This document shows, piece by piece, positions 41,007-50,374 of a stretch of 64,000 bases of DNA. Every line of letters begins with the position of its first letter. Within the stretch, counting starts at the first letter, position 1. Made by a program: the position numbers and the translations under genes. Under the pieces are notes generated by a model. It was not told where the DNA came from and did not search any database. It saw nothing but the letters and a program-made list of their open reading frames with translations. The stretch is from positions 3,511 through 67,510 of the forward strand of contig QNYK01000108.1 in NCBI GenBank assembly GCA_003973385.1, in the 5' to 3' direction. Source of the DNA: Bacillota bacterium. GTDB taxonomy: Bacteria > Planctomycetota > UBA8108 > UBA1146.

Positions 41007-42116
41007 ATGATTCCACTTCCGCACTGGATTCGATGGCCATCGCGTGTTGCCATCGTCACGGCCGAAGCCAGGATCTGGAGGGGGAGTTCCATCTCAACGT
41101 CACATCTGCGAGTTCTGTTGCTGCTATTGCTCTCATCTCATGGCCTGCTGGTCGCAGCGGACCCGGTAACAATCGCACCGCTGAGACTCCAGGATCCCGA
41201 AGTGGATCCAGATGATCCCGTCCAGACGATAATAAATGCACTCGATGAGGACATCGAATTGCCGAGAAGGCTTTCCGTCATGCATCAGGAGATCGGCGAT
41301 CGAGTTCTTGAGCTGAGTGATCGGATCGATGACTTTTTTGGCGATCCCCGGCTGGAAACAGAGGCTGGCAAGACTCGTTACAGGGTTCGTTCCGAGTGGA
41401 GAATCGAAGAAGAGGGAGAGTCGACCATTGGCGTCAAGGTTCGTGGACATGCGGTACTTCCCCGGACTCGACAACGACTCGGCTTCTTTCTGGAGTCGTT
41501 TCGAGACGATGTGCTGACAGATCTCGACGATTTACTCGGCGATCCCGCTGATGACACCGATTCATTGACTGCAGCCGAGGACGTCTCGGGATTGCGCGCA
41601 GCACTCTTCTCCAATAAGCGTGGAAGATTGTCCCTCGACGGTGGAGTGAAACTGTCGAAGAGTCCACAGGCCCGAGTCAAACTTCGATGGCAAGAGGATC
41701 ACGAACTGGAAAATCTGTGGAGCCTCAGGCTGATCCAGAGTCTCGAGTATCGAGGTGAGGAAGGATACGGCGAGCGCACCCAGTTGCGTTTCGAAAGAGC
41801 CATCGATGAGAAATTGCTCAGATTTGGAATCGAAGGCGTCTGGTTCGAAGAGCAGGATTTCAAGGCGCTGCTGACCACCAGTTTTTTCGTTCCCTTCGAT
41901 TCACGCAGTGTGATTCGCCTGAGTGGGCAAATGACCGCAGACCTCGGAGATGCGCCAGCGCGTACCGGCGTTGGAGTGGGAGTCGGGTTTCGCCGAAGGC
42001 TCTACAGCGACTGGCTCTTCGGAGAGATCGCTCCTCATGTGTTCTGGCCTCAGAAGTCCTTCGATGGCAGTGAAGTGTCCCTGATGCTGGTGACCGAGGT
42101 GATCTTCGGCCGTTGA
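41007..42116 (+). CDS. Putative outer-membrane beta-barrel protein
   Basis: Signal-like hydrophobic stretch, amphipathic beta strands, 'IDDFFGDPR', 'RRRLYSDWLFGEIAP', terminal 'LVTEVIFG'. Start uncertain. Confidence 0.55.
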   Translation: MIPLPHWIRWPSRVAIVTAEARIWRGSSISTSHLRVLLLLLLSSHGLLVAADPVTIAPLRLQDPEVDPDDPVQTIINALDEDIELPRRLSVMHQEIGDRVLELSDRIDDFFGDPRLETEAGKTRYRVRSEWRIEEEGESTIGVKVRGHAVLPRTRQRLGFFLESFRDDVLTDLDDLLGDPADDTDSLTAAEDVSGLRAALFSNKRGRLSLDGGVKLSKSPQARVKLRWQEDHELENLWSLRLIQSLEYRGEEGYGERTQLRFERAIDEKLLRFGIEGVWFEEQDFKALLTTSFFVPFDSRSVIRLSGQMTADLGDAPARTGVGVGVGFRRRLYSDWLFGEIAPHVFWPQKSFDGSEVSLMLVTEVIFGR

Positions 42117-42178
42117 TTCCTTGCATGTTGTCTCGCTGCCACCAAGGCGTATTCTCTGCGGAGGAAGAGGAGGCCCCG

Positions 42179-43276
42179 ATGCTCAGAGCAGATCCGAAGT
42201 GCGATCCCGAGGGCAAGGGGACCCGCTATGGAATCCTCGCCATGCTGCTGGTGGGAGCGGGTTGTGGCACTCTGATCTACCTGGGAAATCCAGGGAACAT
42301 GGGGATCTGTGGTGCCTGCTTCCTGCGCGATTCTGCCGGAGCCTTGCATCTCTTCGACAAGCCTGCTTCTCTTCCCTACCTTCGCCCGGAGATCTTCGGA
42401 GTGGTCTTTGGAGCTCTGTTGTGGATGGCCATCCGGGGCAAGTGGCAGGCGAGATCGGGAAGCCATGCCGCGACCAGGTTTTTCTTTGGCATCTGGATGG
42501 GAATCGGATCACTGGTCTTTCTCGGCTGCCCATTTCGGATGCTGCAGCGACTCGGTGGTCTCGATCTGACCGCCTGGATCGCCCTGCCCGGATTCATCGC
42601 CGGTGTCGGAGTGGGACTGTACTTCGAGAAGCGTGGCTACAGTGTTGGAAAAACGCAAGCAGCACCTGCCCCGGTGGGCTTGCTGTTTCCGGGGTTGATG
42701 CTGCTGGCGGGTGTGCTCTGGTTCCAGGGACAGCTGGCGGGACCGGGACAGGATGGGGGTCCTCCCCCGCCTCATGCGCCCTGGATGTACTCGCTGGGTA
42801 TCGCTCTGGTGGCTGGAATACTCCTCTCGGCTACCCGTTTCTGTGCCGTGACTGCCGGCAGGCAAGTGTTTCTGAAGGATCGTCGAATGCTGCTGGCTTC
42901 GCTGGCGATGCTGATCGGATTCGGACTCGTGGTTCTGACGACCGGCAAGGCCGTTCCTGGAATTGAGGGCCAACCTTTGGCGCACACGGACCACCTGTGG
43001 TCGGCGCTGGCACTGGCCCTGGTCGGGCTCTGCGGCTGCCTCGCTGGCGGCTGCCCCGTGCGTCAACTGGTGATGACCGGTGAAGGAAACGCCGATGCAG
43101 CGATGGCGGTTGCGGGCATTCTGGTCGGCGGCGCTCTCAGCCACGGGTTCGCGCTCGCTTCCAGTGGCGCAGGCACCACGGAATCAGGACGTCTGGCCAT
43201 CGTCGTGGGGCTTGCCATCGCAGTGGTCTACGGTGCATCCCGATCGATGCTGGCCAGTGCGAAGGGATCCGCATGA
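42179..43276 (+). CDS. yedE: YedE/YeeE family transporter, selenium-metabolism subfamily
   Basis: 'GNPGNMGICGACFLRDSAGAL', 'YLRPEI.G', 'LVFLGCPFR.L.RLGG.D', 'TRFC', 'GGCPVRQLV.TGEG..DA'. GAGGAGG RBS. Confidence 0.88.
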   Translation: MLRADPKCDPEGKGTRYGILAMLLVGAGCGTLIYLGNPGNMGICGACFLRDSAGALHLFDKPASLPYLRPEIFGVVFGALLWMAIRGKWQARSGSHAATRFFFGIWMGIGSLVFLGCPFRMLQRLGGLDLTAWIALPGFIAGVGVGLYFEKRGYSVGKTQAAPAPVGLLFPGLMLLAGVLWFQGQLAGPGQDGGPPPPHAPWMYSLGIALVAGILLSATRFCAVTAGRQVFLKDRRMLLASLAMLIGFGLVVLTTGKAVPGIEGQPLAHTDHLWSALALALVGLCGCLAGGCPVRQLVMTGEGNADAAMAVAGILVGGALSHGFALASSGAGTTESGRLAIVVGLAIAVVYGASRSMLASAKGSA

Positions 43277-44445
43277 CGACTTCTCGACCGGTACTTCTGA
43301 TCATCGCCGGGTTCTGGGCTGTTGCTTCCATCTCCGCGCAGGATGTCCCGAAACAACCATCCACGACCGACAAACCACTGCCGCCCGGCTACTCCATTCC
43401 GATCGTCGACCTCACAGACGATGTCGACGGGGTGATCACCATCGATCGTGAGAAGGGTCAATATCTTGGTCATCCGACTGCGGTATTGCTCGAGGATGAT
43501 CGCACCATCTTGTGTGTGTACCCGAAGGGGCACGGCCGTGGAGCGATCGTCTACAAGAAGAGCACCGATGGTGGCAAGACATGGAGTGGTCGGCTACCGA
43601 CACCTGAAAACTGGGCCTCTTCAAAAGAGGTTCCGACGATTCATCGAGTCGTCGATGGAGATGGAAACAAGAGATTGATCGTCTGGTCCGGTCTGTATCC
43701 AGCGCGGATCGCCGTCAGTGATGATGATGGCAAATCCTGGAGCCCGCTGAAGCCAGCGGGACAGTGGGGGGGAATCGTCGTCATGGGGTCGGTAGCGAGA
43801 CTCTCCGATGGTCGGTACGCGGCCTGGTTCCATGACGATGGTCGTTTTTTCAGATCCAGGCGCGGCCCTGCCCGCTTCGATGTATTTCAGACCCTATCCA
43901 TCGATGGAGGATTGACCTGGTCGGAACCGGTCTCGATAGCTCATCGCCCCGATGTTCACCTCTGTGAGCCTGGTTTCATACGATCCCCGGATGGAAAGAC
44001 CATCGCCTTGCTGATGCGAGAGAACAGCCGCACCAGAAACTCGTTTGTCATCTTCAGTGAAGATGAAGGTCGCAGTTGGTCCGACCCGAGAGAACTTCCT
44101 GCTGCTCTGACGGGCGATCGTCACACGGCCACACACACCAGCGATGGGCGTCTCTTCATCTCGTTCCGGGATACAACGAGAGAGAGTGACACCAAGGGGG
44201 ATTGGGTCGGTTGGGTCGGTCAATGGCAAGACATCGTGGATGGAACAGAGGGCCAGTATCGCGTTCGATTGATGGACAACCACGTCAGCGGTGATTGCGC
44301 CTACCCCGCCGTATTGCAGCAGCAAGATGGCACCATCATCGCCATCACATACGGTCACTGGACAGCGGGAGAAAAACCCTGGATCGCCTGTCGACGCTTC
44401 ACCATGGCACAACTCGATGCCAGGTTGGATGCGGCCAAGGAATAA
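43273..44445 (+). CDS. Exported sialidase-like BNR/Asp-box protein
   Basis: Asp-boxes STDGGKTWS, SDDDGKSWS, SIDGGLTWS, SEDEGRSWS; 'LCEP', 'DCAYP'; signal peptide. Confidence 0.85.
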   Translation: MTTSRPVLLIIAGFWAVASISAQDVPKQPSTTDKPLPPGYSIPIVDLTDDVDGVITIDREKGQYLGHPTAVLLEDDRTILCVYPKGHGRGAIVYKKSTDGGKTWSGRLPTPENWASSKEVPTIHRVVDGDGNKRLIVWSGLYPARIAVSDDDGKSWSPLKPAGQWGGIVVMGSVARLSDGRYAAWFHDDGRFFRSRRGPARFDVFQTLSIDGGLTWSEPVSIAHRPDVHLCEPGFIRSPDGKTIALLMRENSRTRNSFVIFSEDEGRSWSDPRELPAALTGDRHTATHTSDGRLFISFRDTTRESDTKGDWVGWVGQWQDIVDGTEGQYRVRLMDNHVSGDCAYPAVLQQQDGTIIAITYGHWTAGEKPWIACRRFTMAQLDARLDAAKE

Positions 44446-44448
44446 CGA

Positions 44449-45120
44449 CTACCGGGTGAGGAGTTCCAGGATTTCCACGGCTCGCTGCAGAAACTCCTCG
44501 AACTGGCCCTGCTCTTTTGCGTACTTCCCGGGCTTGTAGATCAGGATCTGCTGCTCCTTGATGTCGACGTGGATCATGTCGTTGTTCTCGAAGTACTCCC
44601 TCACCTCCGGGCGAAACAGATCACGGATGGAGTCTTCATCGGTTCCCCTGAGACGGTACTTCTTGCTGAAGGCCGGATGTGCGCTGAAGTCGAAGTCCTG
44701 AGCACCGAAGTACTCCTTGAAACGATCGAGCACACCCTCTGCACACAGTTCCAGATCGGGAAGGCTCTTGCTGTTTTCCAGGATCACCACGGTCTGGCGC
44801 ACGGTGTGAGAAGATTTGCCGGTGCTGACGACATAACTGAATTCGAAGGCGACCAGCGGGTGACCCCTGTATGACCCTCGAGCCACGCTTCGGGCGCCCT
44901 TGGCAGATCCCCATTTTCCCAGAGGGTGTGGTGCTAGCAACTCGCCTGCGGAAGGGTCAGAGTCGCCCTGAAAGGACAGTCCGAGACGCTCTACCTCGAT
45001 ACCAATTCTAGCAGAGTGCATTTTTTCTGTCTTTTTCTGGTGCCTGACCAGCCACCACACCAACAAGATCACGCCGACGAAGCCGAGCGAGAGATACGTG
45101 ATTTTTTCAACTTCACCCAC
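44449..45120 (-). CDS. Hypothetical protein with single N-terminal TM helix
   Basis: 223-aa ORF, 'DFDF..HP.FSKKY.L.G.DE..IR.LF'. No family assigned. Confidence 0.7.
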   Translation of the reverse strand: MGEVEKITYLSLGFVGVILLVWWLVRHQKKTEKMHSARIGIEVERLGLSFQGDSDPSAGELLAPHPLGKWGSAKGARSVARGSYRGHPLVAFEFSYVVSTGKSSHTVRQTVVILENSKSLPDLELCAEGVLDRFKEYFGAQDFDFSAHPAFSKKYRLRGTDEDSIRDLFRPEVREYFENNDMIHVDIKEQQILIYKPGKYAKEQGQFEEFLQRAVEILELLTR

Positions 45121-45126
45121 CGGAGA

Positions 45127-45750
45127 TCATCTCTTGCAGTGATAAGCAAAGGCCGGGGGAAGGTTGCGCCAGGCGAGCGGAGTGCGATCGACCTGGCTGA
45201 AGCAGGCCTCGAGACGGTCTCGAAAGGCTCGGGCCTTGGGCAACAGGTGCACGCCACCGTATGCAAAGGTCACGAATCGACCCTTCGGAGCCAGGACGTC
45301 ATGAACCTCGGACAGGATGCGCTCCTGAACCGTTTCGGGAAAAGCTGCCCAGGGCAGCCCCGAGATGACGACATCGACAGCATCGATACCTCGGTGGTGT
45401 AGCAAGTGAACCAGGTTTTCAGCATCACCCTCGATGATCTCGAGGTTGCCAAAGTTGTAGCGCAATTCGGCGAGGAATACGGGGTTCTTCTCGATCACGA
45501 TGAACTTCGCTTCCGAGGAGATGCGCAGCAGGATCTCGGCGGTGAAGGCACCTGTGCCCGGACCCAGTTCGACCACCGTGGTGGCTTTCTCCAGCGAGAT
45601 GCCGTCGAGCATCCTGGAAGCCAGTATTCGACCGCTGGCAGCCACCGCTCCTATCGAACCTGGATTGGAGATGTATTCCCTGAGGAAGTTGATCTTTGCG
45701 CCCATCGAGAGTCGCCTCATCCATCCGAGATCCGGAAATTCACTTTTCAC
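45127..45750 (-). CDS. Phospholipid/ornithine-lipid N-methyltransferase (Sinorhizobium PmtA/OlsG-like)
   Basis: 'PGSIGAVAASG..LA..M', 'VVELGPGTGAFT', 'VISGLPW', 'GRFVTFAY', 'WRNLPPAF.Y'. Confidence 0.8.
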   Translation of the reverse strand: MKSEFPDLGWMRRLSMGAKINFLREYISNPGSIGAVAASGRILASRMLDGISLEKATTVVELGPGTGAFTAEILLRISSEAKFIVIEKNPVFLAELRYNFGNLEIIEGDAENLVHLLHHRGIDAVDVVISGLPWAAFPETVQERILSEVHDVLAPKGRFVTFAYGGVHLLPKARAFRDRLEACFSQVDRTPLAWRNLPPAFAYHCKR

Positions 45751-45901
45751 CCTCAGGTAACAGAATCACGAGAGTGCCATTGTCGGCCCTGGATTTCAAG
45801 AAAACTTCAGTCAGTACCTGGGAAGAATTGTCTCGGGTACCATTCAGAAAGCAGCATGCTAGTGCATCCGGTGATCGATGGGAGATTGCGAAGGAGAGAC
45901 G

Positions 45902-46798
45902 ATGCCACCAACTGTGGGTTGGATTGGTTGCGGTGTGATGGGCTCCTCGATGGTGAAGAACCTGCTCGCCGAGAAGTACGAAGTCGGTCTGTATACACGC
46001 ACCGAATCGAAAGCGCAGGCATTGCTGGATTCGGGAGCGAGGTGGTTCGAGTCTCCTGCACAACTGGCCGTGCATCACGACATCGTGATCTCGATGGTGG
46101 GTTACCCCGAGGATGTCGAGTCGGTGTATCTGGGTGAAACTGGCATTCTGTCGAAACCATCTGGAGACCGAAGATGCACCTGTGTCATCGACATGACCAC
46201 GAGCCAGCCGACGCTGGCGTGCAAGATAGCTGAAGTTGCCAGTCGACAGGGCATCGCCTCGCTCGATGCGCCCGTCTCTGGCGGTGATGTGGGAGCCAGG
46301 GATGCAACGCTGAGCATCATGGTAGGAGGAGATACGGATGCATTCGCCAGAGCGCAGCCCATCTTCGGTGTGCTGGGAAAGCAGGCAATTCTCCAGGGAG
46401 GGCCCGGTGCAGGCCAACACGCGAAGATGGTCAATCAGATCATCATCGCCAGCACCATGATCGGAATGTGTGAAGGGCTGCTCTATGCCAGGCGATCAGG
46501 TCTCGATGCGCAGAAGGTACTGGGAAGTGTTTCGGAGGGTGCTGCCGGGTCATGGTCCCTCTCTAATCTGGCACCCCGTATTCTTCAGGGAGATTTTCAA
46601 CCTGGATTTTTCGTCGAGCACTTCGTCAAAGACATCGGGATCGCTTTGGCCGAATGTGAACAGATGGGAATCGACCTCGAGGGGTTGAAGTTGGCGCGTC
46701 GGCTGTACGATGAAGTTCTACAGGCCGGAGGCGGGCGGCTGGGAACCCAGGCGCTCTACAGAGCCATTGATAACGAAAGGGAACGAGATGGATCCTGA
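45902..46798 (+). CDS. Beta-hydroxyacid dehydrogenase (3-hydroxyisobutyrate/tartronate semialdehyde reductase family)
   Basis: 'GWIGCGVMG', 'LDAPVSGGDVGA', 'GAGQHAKMVNQI', 'PGFFVEHFVKD'. Confidence 0.92.
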   Translation: MPPTVGWIGCGVMGSSMVKNLLAEKYEVGLYTRTESKAQALLDSGARWFESPAQLAVHHDIVISMVGYPEDVESVYLGETGILSKPSGDRRCTCVIDMTTSQPTLACKIAEVASRQGIASLDAPVSGGDVGARDATLSIMVGGDTDAFARAQPIFGVLGKQAILQGGPGAGQHAKMVNQIIIASTMIGMCEGLLYARRSGLDAQKVLGSVSEGAAGSWSLSNLAPRILQGDFQPGFFVEHFVKDIGIALAECEQMGIDLEGLKLARRLYDEVLQAGGGRLGTQALYRAIDNERERDGS

Positions 46799-47219
46799 TC
46801 TGGTCGTGAATCAGGGAGACATTGGGTTATGGGTTGTTGCGGCAGTCGTACTTGTCATAGGAATTCGAATCGTTGCCGGGATTCTCGACAAGCAGCGCCT
46901 TGAATCAGAGATCAGTGCCAAGGGGGGGCAGGTCGAATCGATTCGCTGGACTCCGTTTGCCAAAGGCTGGCTCGGATCGAAGAACGAACGCCTCTACGAG
47001 GTGAAATGGACCGACAGTTCGGAAGTCCAGCATCGGGCCACTGCCAAGACAGCGATGCTGGCGGGCAATTACTTCGCCGATTCGGAGACATCGGGTCAGG
47101 GAGCAGGTCACGATTCACGTCACGAAGGTGCTGATCTTTTGGCCGAAAATCAGCGACTGAAACGCGAGAATGAAAAACTTCGATGTGACCTCGATCAACT
47201 GCGCGAGGATCGGTCCTGA
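46788..47219 (+). CDS. Hypothetical membrane protein with C-terminal coiled coil
   Basis: One TM helix, 'IRWTPFAKGW....ERLYEV', 'LLAENQRLKRENEKL'. Confidence 0.65.
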   Translation: MDPDLVVNQGDIGLWVVAAVVLVIGIRIVAGILDKQRLESEISAKGGQVESIRWTPFAKGWLGSKNERLYEVKWTDSSEVQHRATAKTAMLAGNYFADSETSGQGAGHDSRHEGADLLAENQRLKRENEKLRCDLDQLREDRS

Positions 47220-47816
47220 GTGGTGGTCACCAAGGACAACTGGCTACTGGAGCAGGCAGATAGCATCCTCGAGGAGATTCGAGGGGGATTCCCCCGGTAT
47301 CGATCTGCCCTGGAGGGGGTGGAGATCCGGATCAGTCGGAGGCTCACCCGAAGTGCAGGTAACGTATGTGTGAAGACCCGAGTCGTGGGAATCAGTGAAC
47401 CAATATTCACCGTTGAAGAAAATTTCCCCCAGTTTCGCAACACAGTCTTGCACGAACTTGCTCATGTGATCGCAGGTGACGAAGTTCGGCCTCACGGATC
47501 ACGTTGGCGAAATATCTTTCTCGAAATTGGCGGAAACGGGGAGCGGTGTCATGTGATGCGCGCGCGAGGCCAGCATCATCTTCACAGGGCAGGGTGTGAT
47601 CGATGCGATGAGGAAGTCGAGGTCGGCACAAGGGTCTGGAATCGCTTGAAAGCCGGGAGTCGTGAGTATTTCCATCAGGGTTGTGGTGGAGTTGTGACGG
47701 CGGCTCCTGGAGCAGGCGCCCCGGCCAGAGAAAATGGAACCAGGGGTGACCTGTTGCGGCAGATCGGACTCAAACTCAGGCAGGCGTTGCTGTTCGGATC
47801 TTCCGAGAAGTCCTAG
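47220..47816 (+). CDS. SprT-like zinc metalloprotease domain protein
   Basis: 'SRRLTRSAG', 'TVLHELAH', 'HG.RW', C-terminal CxxC...C zinc-binding remnant. Confidence 0.85.
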   Translation: MVVTKDNWLLEQADSILEEIRGGFPRYRSALEGVEIRISRRLTRSAGNVCVKTRVVGISEPIFTVEENFPQFRNTVLHELAHVIAGDEVRPHGSRWRNIFLEIGGNGERCHVMRARGQHHLHRAGCDRCDEEVEVGTRVWNRLKAGSREYFHQGCGGVVTAAPGAGAPARENGTRGDLLRQIGLKLRQALLFGSSEKS

Positions 47817-48520
47817 AAGGGGAGTTCCTCGTCCTCTTCGCTCTCTTCATCTTCATCCTTCTTCGGCTGCGGCTTGCGATTCTTCAGATCATGAGTCGCA
47901 TCATATTTCTTCCAGCGAGGATCGAGCAGCATGATCTCCACTGCTTCAAGCTTGCGGTTTTTCCTGTCCGAATCGTCGAGGTAGCCGCTGAGGAAGATCT
48001 TCTGGCGCTTCTTGAGAAAGCTCGCTTTCCGGCGCTCGATCAGCAGCACCTCGGTGCCGAGTGAGGTGCCGAGACGGTAGTTTGCCACCTCTCGCTCGCG
48101 GCCACTCTCTACAGATTTCAGCGAGCCGGAGACCCAACTGAAGCCCTGACCTGAAAATTTCGCAGGTACTGCAGGGGGGCGGAAGGACCCGGCAACGATG
48201 GCCTGGATCTGGATCAGCATCGGGGGATAGCGCGCTCCCCCTGTACCGAGTTGCTCCGCTTGCTTCCGAGCCAGGATGTGAAGAGTGGATCCAGGGATCA
48301 GGTCCTTGATCGATGAGATCCTGTGTGACTCGATCAGGGTGTCTGAGCCCAACTGGACATCGAGAGTACCCTTCTTGTCACGGGCGACCAGTTTCTTGCC
48401 GGCCTCCTCATCTTTTCCCACTGATTTGATGGAACCAGTGGCAATGAAGGGTTTGGCGACCTTGGCATCGTCGGTAGCGGGGAGGATCAGTGCCATCCAT
48501 GTGACAACGGTGATGATCAT
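47813..48520 (-). CDS. Hypothetical exported protein (repeated OB-fold/DUF5666-like)
   Basis: Signal-like N-terminus, two 'GS(I/L)KSV' units, acidic tail. Confidence 0.5.
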   Translation of the reverse strand: MIITVVTWMALILPATDDAKVAKPFIATGSIKSVGKDEEAGKKLVARDKKGTLDVQLGSDTLIESHRISSIKDLIPGSTLHILARKQAEQLGTGGARYPPMLIQIQAIVAGSFRPPAVPAKFSGQGFSWVSGSLKSVESGREREVANYRLGTSLGTEVLLIERRKASFLKKRQKIFLSGYLDDSDRKNRKLEAVEIMLLDPRWKKYDATHDLKNRKPQPKKDEDEESEEDEELPF

Positions 48521-48542
48521 CGTTTCACTCCGGTTCGTTTCG

Positions 48543-50255
48543 CTAGAAGAGTCCCTCCGGAAGCCCTTCATTGTCGATGTCGATCTGGAGCAGGGCCGGA
48601 TTTGACCCCAGTCCGGGCATCGTCATGATGTCCCCGGTCAGAGCGTAAAGAAACCCAGCACCTGCAGACAGGCGGACATCGCGGACAGTGATACGGAAAC
48701 CGTCAGGAGCCCCAACACGTCTGGGATCATCGGAGAAGGAATACTGCGTCTTTGCCATGCATACAGGCAGATGTCCCAATCCCATTTTTTCGAAGCGTTT
48801 GATCGACTTTCGAGCAGCGGGTTTGAAGTTGACTCCATCTGCGCGGTAAATCTCCTGGCAAACAGTGGCAATTTTTTCAGTCACGGGGATATCGTCGGCA
48901 TACAGGGTGTTGAACTTGGCAGGGGCATCATCGCAGGCTCGAACAACGGCATCAGCGAGTGCCGCACCTCCCGCGCCACCATTGGCATGCACATCCGAGA
49001 TCACGGCATCGAAGGCACCCGCTGCGCGGGAGAGGTTGAGGGCCGCTTCGACCTCGCCGTCAGTATCGGAAGAGAATCGGTTGAGCGCGACCACCACGGA
49101 AACACCAAACTTGCCGACATTCTCTATATGGCGCCTGAGGTTGCAGATTCCGTCCTCGACGGCGGAGATATCCTCTTCGAGAATCCCTGCCGGCAGCGGT
49201 TTCCCCGGGCTCACCTTGTATCGGCCACTGTGAACCTTCAGGGCCCTGATGGTGACGACCATCACGGCAGCATCGGGGTGCAGCCCGCTCACCCTGCATT
49301 TGATGTTGAAGAACTTTTCCGCCCCCATATCAGCCCCGAAACCGCTCTCCGTGACGACATAGTCAGCAAGTTTCAGTGCGATGCGATCCGCAACGATCGA
49401 CGAGTTTCCGTGCGCGATGTTGGCGAACGGTCCGGTGTGTACGAAGCAGCCAGTACCTTCCAGTGTCTGCATGAAGTTGGGATGGATCGCATCCTTGAGC
49501 ACCACTGCCATGGCACCTGCGGCACCTATTTGCTCTGCGGTGACTGGTTCGCTGTCACCATCGAGTCCGACCACGATGCGCCCGAGGCGTTTCCTGAGAT
49601 CCCGGGCATCTCTTGAGAGTCCAAGTATCGCCATCACCTCGCTGGCGCTGGTGATGTCAAAACCTGTTTCCCTCGGGACGCCATTGCTCGGGCCACCGAG
49701 GCCGACAATCATCTGCCTCAAGCTTCGATCATTGACATCGAGGCAGCGCTTCCAGGTCACCTTCTGGGGATCGATCTGGTACGGATTCCCCTTCAGGATC
49801 GAGGTGTCGACCCAGGCAGCCAGCAAATTGTTCGCCAGCCCCACTGCGTGGGTGTCCCCGGTCAGGTGCAGATTGAAGTCCTCCATCGGGATTACCTGAC
49901 TGCGGCCTCCCCCGGCAGCGCCTCCCTTGATTCCGAACACCGGTCCCATCGAAGGCTGACGGATGGTGGAGACTGCCCGCTTGCCTATGTGGTTCAGTCC
50001 CATACCCAGTCCGATGGTGGTGACGGTTTTCCCTTCTCCCAGTGGAGTGGGGTTGATGGCCGTGACATCGATGTACTTCCCGTGCGGGCGATCCTTGATC
50101 TGATCGAGAATCGACAGGTGGACCTTCGAGATGTACTTGCCATGAAGGATCAGGTGCTCTTCATCGAGGTCATATTTTGCTGCGACTTCCCGGATGTCGA
50201 GCAATGGGGTAGCCCTTGCGATGGCTAGATCAGAAGACGATTTCTGGGCAGCCAA
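48543..50255 (-). CDS. fhs: Formate--tetrahydrofolate ligase
   Basis: 'TAINPTPLGEGKTVT', 'RQPSMGPVFGIKGGAAGGG', 'GPFANIAHG', 'ESGFGADMGAEKF', 'CMAKTQYSFSD', 'MTMPGL'. TTG 50255 has an RBS. Confidence 0.97.
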   Translation of the reverse strand: MAAQKSSSDLAIARATPLLDIREVAAKYDLDEEHLILHGKYISKVHLSILDQIKDRPHGKYIDVTAINPTPLGEGKTVTTIGLGMGLNHIGKRAVSTIRQPSMGPVFGIKGGAAGGGRSQVIPMEDFNLHLTGDTHAVGLANNLLAAWVDTSILKGNPYQIDPQKVTWKRCLDVNDRSLRQMIVGLGGPSNGVPRETGFDITSASEVMAILGLSRDARDLRKRLGRIVVGLDGDSEPVTAEQIGAAGAMAVVLKDAIHPNFMQTLEGTGCFVHTGPFANIAHGNSSIVADRIALKLADYVVTESGFGADMGAEKFFNIKCRVSGLHPDAAVMVVTIRALKVHSGRYKVSPGKPLPAGILEEDISAVEDGICNLRRHIENVGKFGVSVVVALNRFSSDTDGEVEAALNLSRAAGAFDAVISDVHANGGAGGAALADAVVRACDDAPAKFNTLYADDIPVTEKIATVCQEIYRADGVNFKPAARKSIKRFEKMGLGHLPVCMAKTQYSFSDDPRRVGAPDGFRITVRDVRLSAGAGFLYALTGDIMTMPGLGSNPALLQIDIDNEGLPEGLF

Positions 50256-50374
50256 GGAGGCTCCTTCCAGGAGTTCGCCGCCAGGCGTGAAGCGGGCGTA
50301 CATCCATACGCAAAACGGTATCGCAGAGGATCTCGAATGGCAACGGAACCGCTACAGTGGCGCTTCTGGAGGCT

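Noticed and set aside
47217-47222. In-frame TGA joining the membrane protein (46788..47219) to the SprT-like gene (47220..47816): possible Sec read-through fusion
   Set aside because: The UGA is not at a Cys-like catalytic position, there is no convincing SECIS hairpin downstream, and the SprT gene has its own GAGG and GTG start. These are most simply adjacent genes.
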